Shown here: positions 55,359 through 64,000 of the stretch, piece after piece
Position numbering within the stretch: the stretch's first letter is position 1
How the letters are laid out: each line of letters begins with the position of its first letter
NCBI GenBank assembly: GCA_951406725.2
Contig: OX597834.1
Span: forward strand, 43,028,001 to 43,092,000
Length of the DNA: 64,000 bases
Direction: 5' to 3'
Source: Octopus vulgaris
Lineage: Eukaryota
The notes under the pieces: model-generated
Told to the model about the DNA's origin: nothing
What the model saw: the letters and a program-made list of their open reading frames with translations, nothing else
Database searches by the model: none
Position numbers and translations under genes: made by a program

Positions 55359-56450
55359 AGCCGAGTATCCCCGAACAATAATCATCCGCACTTAGCGTAG
55401 CACCACTCGATGTTAGCAAATGGACATCATGAAGAGAGACCTCAAAGCATCCTTAAAGTGGAAGAAAAAAAACCTTGTCTCTTTGAAGAGTATGGAAACG
55501 TAAACTTTATGATATATCAAGAAAACATCACCACCGTAATACTCCGCTTACTCTTGAGCGATTCTCTTCTGCAACTCACTAAAACACTCTTTTCCTCTCA
55601 GGGAGAACTACACATTCTCAATATATTTAGGAAAGCAACTGAATGACAGCCAGAAAATATTTCTCTCTCCAAATGCGTCTTTTCTCCAAAGCTCATTTGT
55701 GGTATCAAGATAGTGTTGCTTCTGCGCTACCTACGAGATATCTGCATTTTCTACAGCTACATTAATAACGTCGGATGCTCGTAACTGGCTGCGAAGATAA
55801 CAATTCGACACAGGCGTTCCATTGCTGATGCCTAGTTCTACCCGATCTGCCAGATCCCAGCACTAATCAACGACCTAATATTTTCCACACCAGAGCCAAA
55901 ACACATCTTGTATATAATGAATGTATTCATTTCTTTGTAGCCCCTGCACCCTCGCACACATACTTACACACACACATACATGTATATATATATACACACA
56001 CACACAAACACGCAGTCATGCCTGAGTCTATCTTTATATATAATTAGACACACAAAAACCGTTAGATTCAGTTCGACATTTAAATTTAATTTCCCAAAAT
56101 ATTTGCGTCGCTTTAAGATCGCGACCTGTTCACGGACGAAATTCGAACTCTGCATTGGCCTGCTCGTATCGCTGCGGCTAGAAAGGGAACAGTAGATTAA
56201 TTTTCTCACAGTAAAGGGACACAGATCATTTGTCGGTATCCAGCTGGAAAAGATTTTTTCCTGGGGTTAAATAGCAATGTCATCCTGCATAGGACTGCCA
56301 CGTTGTGTTGGCAGATAGACTTTACTACACACGCACACACACACACAAACACACTCACAAACACACACACACATATATATATGTATGTATGTATCTATGT
56401 ATGTATATAAGGCAAACGTATTCTCTACACTTTTTAATGTATATATATGT

Positions 56451-56523
<73 letters not shown>

Positions 56524-56934
56524 TACATATACATATATATAATATTACATAAGTACATTATTAATTCTGTTAGCTAAAAGTATAACCAAGAATAAAATGA
56601 ATACACATATACAACTTAACACTAATATATGCGGTGATTTGTCATTGCCAAATACACTTAAACTTTAAGTGGCAACTCCAAGTAGTGTCAATAGATATGA
56701 AAGGCCCACCTCTAGTAATCGGCGGATGTACTTTAGCGGTGACAAATTTTGGGTTTTTGAAACTAACAAAAATATTTAACACAAATTAGAAACTTATGCT
56801 CTTCTGTAGAGAATGGGATGGATGGAGTTTGGGAAGAAACAGATTTGCGGGAAATAATTATCAGCGGATGAGCCTCGACGTGGTTGTAAGGGCGGTTAGT
56901 AAAACCAGCAAATCTTTTGCAAAATGATCTAAAT

Positions 56935-57225
56935 CATTGGTCCTGAAAGCGGGCCGTACGGGTCCCAGTGTGGGCGGTGGAAAGGTCGGGCGGCGGCTGG
57001 GAAGTAAAATGGGGCGATAAATGTGTAGACAAAAGGGGTGGGGTGTATGTAAAAAAAGCAACACAATAATGGCTGAATTAGGTTAGGTTTTAGTTGTGAA
57101 ATTGCACTTGTTTTGAATTTGCTGAAATGATTAGTCTATATTTTTGGTGGTGAGTGGGAGATTACTAGGAATGGGATCTGAGAACCATGGGTGGGGGGCA
57201 GCCTCAAAAAATACGGGACCCACTG
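56935..57225. mobile_element. hAT (Charlie-like) non-autonomous element
   Basis: Termini CATTGGTCCTGAAA ... GGGACCCACTG (CAGTGG-type TIR), GC-rich subterminal regions, 8-bp flanks ATCTAAAT / GTCTATAT resembling the NTCTAGAN target. Confidence 0.65.
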
Positions 57226-57519
57226 GTCTATATAGATATCTTCTCCATCATCAATTTATCTAGTAAAAAAAGACAACCAAATATTTGAGATGGAAGTACG
57301 CACTAGAATTCGTTGTCATAGATACCTAATTAAAAATTAATAGGTGGAATGTATGTGATTAGCAATGAAAAAGATCATGACTAAAATAAGGTGAAACAAC
57401 AATAGATACAATAACAAATGGAAAGGATTTAGTTGGCGCAAAGATTGGAAAGAATTCTTTATACTATTGGATATCAGAATTGAGAAACCCACCACTTAAC
57501 TAGTTCCTGATTTCAATAT

Positions 57520-57935
57520 ATATTTCTTTACTACCCACAAGGCTAAACACAGAGAGAACAAACAAGGACAGAGAAATGGATTAAGTCGATTATATCGACC
57601 CCAGTGCGTAACTGGTACTTATTGAATCGATCCTGAAAGTATGAAAGGCAAAGTCGACCTCGGCGGAATTTGAACTTAGAACGTAAAGACAGACGAAATA
57701 CCTATTTCTTTATTACCCATAAGGCCCTAAACACAGAGGGGACAAACAAGGACAGACATAGGTATTAAGTCGATTACATCGACCCCAGTACGTAACTGGT
57801 GCTTAACTTATCGACCCCGAAAGAATGAAAGGCAAAGTCGATCTCGGCGGAATTTGAACTCACAACGTAACGGCAGACGAAATACCGTAAAACATTTCGC
57901 CCGGCGTGCTCACGGTTCTGGCAGCTCGCCGCCTT
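57520..57935 (-). mobile_element. SINE group C with tandem internal unit (about 184 bp x2)
   Basis: TATTTCTTTA.TACCCA.AAGG...GACGAAATACC repeated twice, then the head. A group A head fragment follows at 57957-57996. Confidence 0.93.
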
Positions 57936-58610
57936 TTTAAGCTTGGCACTTAAGCTTGGGAAGCAGGCTTCTTAACATACAACCATGCCTGCGCCGATGT
58001 ATTCCATATATTTATATATTTACGAATGTGGTTCGTCGCAGCTCAATAAAGGTAATATCTGCCAAAGACACAGAGAAAAAAATTACCAAACAAACAAACA
58101 AAAAAAAAAAGAAAATAAAGAAAGAAAAAAACCCAATCAGCATCATGATGATGTGTCTTTGATCTTTACAAATTACATGTGTACAGCAGTGTATGTAAAA
58201 GATTTTTGAACACTTTTTAATCACTGGGGCAGCATTTCGGATTAATAGTCGCTTATTTATTTAACAAGGAGTCTTTAGGTCAATTCTCTCGCCATCACAT
58301 TAAAGTGTGTCGTATTTCGAATTGTCTGCGCGATAACAATCTACCGATTCAATCATGGTGGCCACCGTGTTATAAAAGCAGCTGCAAAGAGAGGCGTAAT
58401 TGTGTTAGTGTGTTTCCCCGACATAGAAATGTGTGACATTTAATATCGTATAATTAATGCCACTGCCTTGCAGCAGGTAATCTTTTAAGATATTACGTTC
58501 ATAAATCTATCTTAAATAATTTTCCTAAGCATCCACACATACATTTTTTTCTAATAACAGAAATAAAAATGATTATGATGATGATGATGATGATGATGAT
58601 CATGAAGATC

Positions 58611-58641
<31 letters not shown>

Positions 58642-58653
58642 TAATAATAGTGC

Positions 58654-58871
58654 TTACTCATTTACTTGTTTCAGTCATTTGACTGTGGTGGAGTACCGCC
58701 TTTGGTCGAGCACATCGGCCCCAAGACTTTTTCTTTGTAAGCCTAGTACTTATTCTATTAGTGTCTTTTGCCGAACCGCTACGTTACGGGGACGTAGACA
58801 CACCAGCATCGGTTGTCAAGCGATGTTGGGGGACAAACACAGACACACAAACATACACACAACCACACACA

Positions 58872-58945
<74 letters not shown>

Positions 58946-59720
58946 CGACGGGCTTCTTTCAGTTTCCGTCTACCATATCCACTCTCAAACATTTGGTCAG
59001 CCCGAGGCAGTATTAAACGTCACATGTCCAAAGTCCTACGCAGAGGGCCTGAGCTGGAAGCATGTGGTTAAGAGGCAAAGCAAGCTTCTTACTACATAGC
59101 CTCGTTTGCGTCTCGAGCGGAACTTAACCCGGAATCACGTGGTTAGTTATTATGTGTATATCTCTATATTGTCAGTAAATTCTTGGCGATATTTACTGAC
59201 TTTTTTACTCTTTTGTTTCAGTCATTTGAGTGTGGCCATGCTGGAGCACCGTCTTTAGTCGAGCAAATCGACCCCAGGACTTATTGTTTATAAGCCTAGT
59301 ACTTATTCTATCGGTCTCTTTTGCCGAACCGCTAGATTACGGGGGCGTAAACATACCAGCATCGGTTGTCAAGCGGTGTTGGGGTGACAAACACAGATAC
59401 ACAAACATAGACACACACATACATGTATACAAACGTATACACACACATACATATATACGACGGGCTTCTTTCAGTTTCCGTCTACCAAATCCACTCACAA
59501 GGCTTTGGTCGGTCCGAGGCTATAGCAGAAGACACCTGCCCAAGGTGCCACGCAGTGGGACTGAACCCGGAACCATGTGCTTGGTAAGCAAGCTACTTAC
59601 CACATAGCCACTCCTGCGCCTTAAAAAAAGACTTAGCCCTCGGCTATAGTAATACGTTATTTATCCAGCTTACTGTGCAGTGGGACTGAACCTGAAACCA
59701 CGTAGCTGGAAAGCAAAGCG
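58654..59720 (-). mobile_element. Cluster of SINE group A copies (58654-59110, 59202-59621, fragment 59635-59720)
   Basis: Each is colinear with the reverse complement of 44173-44594. Confidence 0.92.
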
Positions 59721-60147
59721 CAGATTGTCGATTACATGTCATCGATAATTTTTATAAATCCAACATCCAGATTACTTGATTTAACACAATCAACAAAATC
59801 CTCAGATGCGGGTTTCCCAACATGGTCGCGGTCCTTTGGCTGAAATTAAGCGAAAAACATAAGAATAGATAAAACAGACGCATCTGTGTGAAATGACAAG
59901 TCTTTCCCTTTCCTCTCTCACTGCGTAACCCCCCATCCGCACCCCCACCTACCAGTACCGAATGTTCTATTAGCAATTAACTTTCTATTTCGCTTCTATT
60001 CGCAGATCTATTTACAAAACCTAGTAAAGCAAGCAAACAGCATATTGAAATGATCTCGGTATCAGAGTTGACAAATTGAGCACAGATATAAGATTTGTTC
60101 TTCTAAGACAAATAATAATAATAATAGTAATAATAATAATAATAATA

Positions 60148-60201
<54 letters not shown>

Positions 60202-61586
60202 CTGCAAAGGAAGATAAAGATGCGGGATTTATTTTACAAAAAGCTTGTTTGTCATTAATACTATATGACGGAAGAAGAAGAAGAAGAAGAAGAAGAAGAA
60301 GAAGAAGAAGAAGAAGAAGAAGAAGAAGAAGAAGAAGAAAGGGGGTGACAGAAGAAGAGGAGGAGGAGACAAGAGGAAGAAGAGGAGAGCGTGGAGGAAT
60401 ATATAAGGAAACAATAAATCAAAATCAAAAAAGGTGAAATTTCCAGAAATAGAAAATAGAAAATTCCAATTACAGATTTAATCTGAAATAATGTGAGCCT
60501 TTTCTTGGATTTAAAGTGATTTCTTCTTTATGTCATTTTTGTTTGAATTTATGCGTGTGTGTGAATGAGTGTACATGTGTGTGTGTATGTGTGAGAGAGA
60601 GAGAAAGAGAGAGATTGAGAGAGAGAGTGAGAGTGTGTGTGTGAATGTGCGTGCATATATGTGTGAATGTGTGTGTGATTTTTTTTCTCGTATAGACTAA
60701 ACTTTCAAATAAAGAAATAAAAACAGCAGCAGCAGCGGTCGCGGTAGCAGCAGCTGCAGCAGCAGTAGTAGAGACATCAGGAACGTAATGGCGTTCAAAA
60801 TACTTGAAACTTTGGTTGTTAGAAGGGACGACGTCGACGACGACGATAACGATGATAACGACTATGACAGCGATGATGATGATGATGACGATGACAATGA
60901 TAGTGATGATGGTGATGGTGATGATGATGATGATGATTATGGTGATAGTGGTCGTGATTAAACTGATGTTAATAACAACCATATAAGCAATAACATAGTA
61001 ATAATACTGATGATAATAATAACGACAATAAAAGTGTTGATAATAATAATAATAACAACAACAACAACAACAACACGAACAGCAAGAACAGCTACAACGC
61101 CAACAGGAGACGTGTGTGAATTTAATGGATGTATATATATAGACGATTCACTCAAACCTATGGCGTAAGAGAAGAAATTCGCATGTTATTTTTGCTTAGA
61201 GTTTTAGAATTATCCTTTGTGTGTGTATGTGTGCGCGTGTAATATATGTATATATGCGTGCGCAAATCTATGTATTTGTGTGTGTATGTGTGTGTGTGTG
61301 CGTGAGTGATCTCTATCGTCTATCTTTTCTAATCTTTGCTTATTCTTTTCATTCTTCTTTAACTAAAAGCTTCCCAATTCCAGAATCGTTCGTTTCCATT
61401 TTTGGCTTTTAATCTGCTCAGCTAGTTCGTCCAACCTTTCTCCATCGAGATCGGAGCACTTAAGACATGTCTATTGTTTTCTCTTAATGCGTTTATTACT
61501 CTCAGCTGTATTTTTGTCAATAAAGCTTTTTACATAATTAGCGATATGCTGTACTTGCCTTCTTAAAATACTGCTGTCATCCTATA

Positions 61587-61686
<100 letters not shown>

Positions 61687-62215
61687 TATTTCTCTTCATT
61701 ATTTTCTTCTCCGTGCCTCTATTTCTTTCTTTACATATTTTTTTCCCTTTCTCTCATTTTGACAAATTTTTTTGTCTTTTCTCTTTATCCCTTCGTTCTT
61801 TCTTTCCTTCTTCCTTCCCTTCTTTCTTTCTTCCTTCCCTTCTTTCTTTCTTTCTTTCTTTCATTCTTTCTTTCTTTCTTTCTCTTCTTCCCCTTCCTCC
61901 ATCTGCACACACGATCACACATACACATACACACACGCATACAAGCTCTATTACGTACCTTATCCTACACCCCCATCCGCCATGGCCTACTCCGTGTGTG
62001 GCTTTATGCGTATCTCTCTCTCTTTCTCTCCTCTTTTATCACTTCCTTCTCTCTTCCAACCATCTCAAAGTCAGTTTCACTTATATATAACCCTGTTCTC
62101 TCAAACTGTCATCTATTCCATTCGAATACTGGAATGCTCACGTTTTGTTTTTTTTAAGAAAATATATATGTAATATATATGCATGTGTGTGTGTGTCTGT
62201 GTATAATATATCTTC

Positions 62216-62406
<191 letters not shown>

Positions 62407-63180
62407 CACGCACATATTTATCTCAATGTGTGTGAATATGTGTATATGTATAAATGTATGAGTGCGTACGTGTGTGTGTGCGATTTAAAAAAAAAATGAT
62501 AAGGCCGATAGAGAGGAGAAGAAAAAAAAATGGTTTTAGTTTTCAAGGCAAAAAACCATAAATAAATGCCATCTTTGAGATGAAAATGAAGAATAGAGAA
62601 GTGGATTTATGGAGAGGCGTAGTATTTCGACATTAAACCACTAACTTTCGTGTCACTTCGTTTGTGAGTGAATAGGAAAATAGATAGGCAATCATAATGG
62701 CTGCTTGCTGAGTTTGACATGTGGGAAAATTCATAGCACATGAATTGATATTTAAATGGATTTTTCTGGAGTAGACAACATTCGAAATTCGAAATGTGAT
62801 TTAATGTTGCCTTTACTGTACCTACGACATATAAACTCTCACACAACCATTGTTTTGTTGTTGTTGTTGTTGTTGTTTTTGTTATTTTTTTTTTGTTTTA
62901 TCTTCTTCTCTGGATAAAACGTGTTGCAGATATATCCCATCAGTATATAAGTTTAACAGCATAAGATAAGAAAGTCACCTAGAATTATGTAGGTGTGTGT
63001 GTGTATGTACGTGTTGATGTTCGTGTGTGTGACTGTGTGTGTGCGTGTGGTTTTGTACGAAGTAGAAAACAACAAGAATGGAGAGGACGAGAGAAACGTT
63101 GATAAAATAATCTGTTGCATTATATTATGTATTATATTGAACTATGTTGTATGAATTCGTTATCAAGCTTTTATTTATTG

Positions 63181-63211
<31 letters not shown>

Positions 63212-63775
63212 TGTGTGTGTCTGTGTGCGTGTCTTTAGGTGTGTGTCCCTGTGAGTATACGTGCTTGTGTATATGTGTTTGTGTTCGTGTGTGCGTGTAC
63301 GTTTCTTTGATTGTATGAGCCTGTCATTGTCTGTGTGTGTGTGTGAGCATGTCTGTGTGTACGTATGAGATTTACCTCAGATACAATGAATTGCTGATGG
63401 GACGATGGAATATAATAGTATTTCTATTAAGTTCTGTATTATATACGGAATATTTTCTTATAAAAATTGTTCTCTGACATAAATCCACGATGATCATACA
63501 TCCTTTTCCATTTCATTAATAGTTTCAAAATGAATGCTGTCGAAAATTAATCGTTGAAAATTTGTGAAAATTTTCCATCGGTCGTCATTCCATTTTGTTA
63601 GTTTTAATTTGCGGTGATTTCAAATTGCTGTAAATTATCTCAGTAATTATCACCATTTAAAATAACTTACAAGTTACCTGACAGTAAAAATTAAAACCAT
63701 TTAATTCCAAGGTTTATTTATGTTTAATGACTGAATGGATTTAATAAAAGCATCGAAATACGAAACATCATAAAA

Positions 63776-63840
<65 letters not shown>

Positions 63841-64000
63841 TGTGTGTGTGTGTGTGTGTGTGTGGCCAATGACAGACGGGAATGAAAACTACCAGGCGTG
63901 AACCCGTTGGTTTTATCATCGATTATATATATATATATATATATATATGATATTATATATCTGATAATGCGATTAGATATATATGTGTATTTAGAGAGAG

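Noticed and set aside
57520-57935. CRISPR-like or satellite array
   Set aside because: Eukaryotic SINE internal duplication; no repeat-spacer structure anywhere in the window.
63664-63690. TTACCTGACAGTA, partially complementary to miR-8/miR-200-type sequence
   Set aside because: No seed match and no precursor hairpin; chance match. I recognised no conserved miRNA precursor in the window.

Overview
AT-rich, microsatellite-saturated animal genomic DNA with no intact protein-coding gene or real RNA gene that I can support. The repeat families (three tRNA-derived SINE groups, Penelope-like remnants, mariner/Gypsy fossils) look like those of a coleoid cephalopod, most probably Octopus; this is inference from repeat content. 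Nearly all ORFs in the supplied track are translations of (TA)n/(CA)n/(TATC)n/(GA)n or trinucleotide tracts. The window holds about 30 SINE copies or fragments, two mariner fossils, one DD41D Tc1/mariner fossil, one Ty3/Gypsy gag-pol fossil, Penelope (GIY-YIG) remnants, several foldback/MITE palindromes (one with perfect 67-bp arms), and non-repetitive islands resembling cis-regulatory DNA. The most striking signal is a dispersed set of short (150-330 bp) non-coding elements, each carrying a minimal type-I hammerhead-ribozyme fold (CUGANGA-like / GAAA, palindromic stem III). Several have non-canonical cores (CUGUNGA, CCGACGA), most sit in TA-rich tracts, and one is an inverted dimer bounded by an 11-bp target-site duplication. 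There is also a SINE head fused to a Penelope endonuclease 3' end, and a SINE/LINE shared-tail pair. Repeat boundaries are approximate (+/- 10-20 bp).
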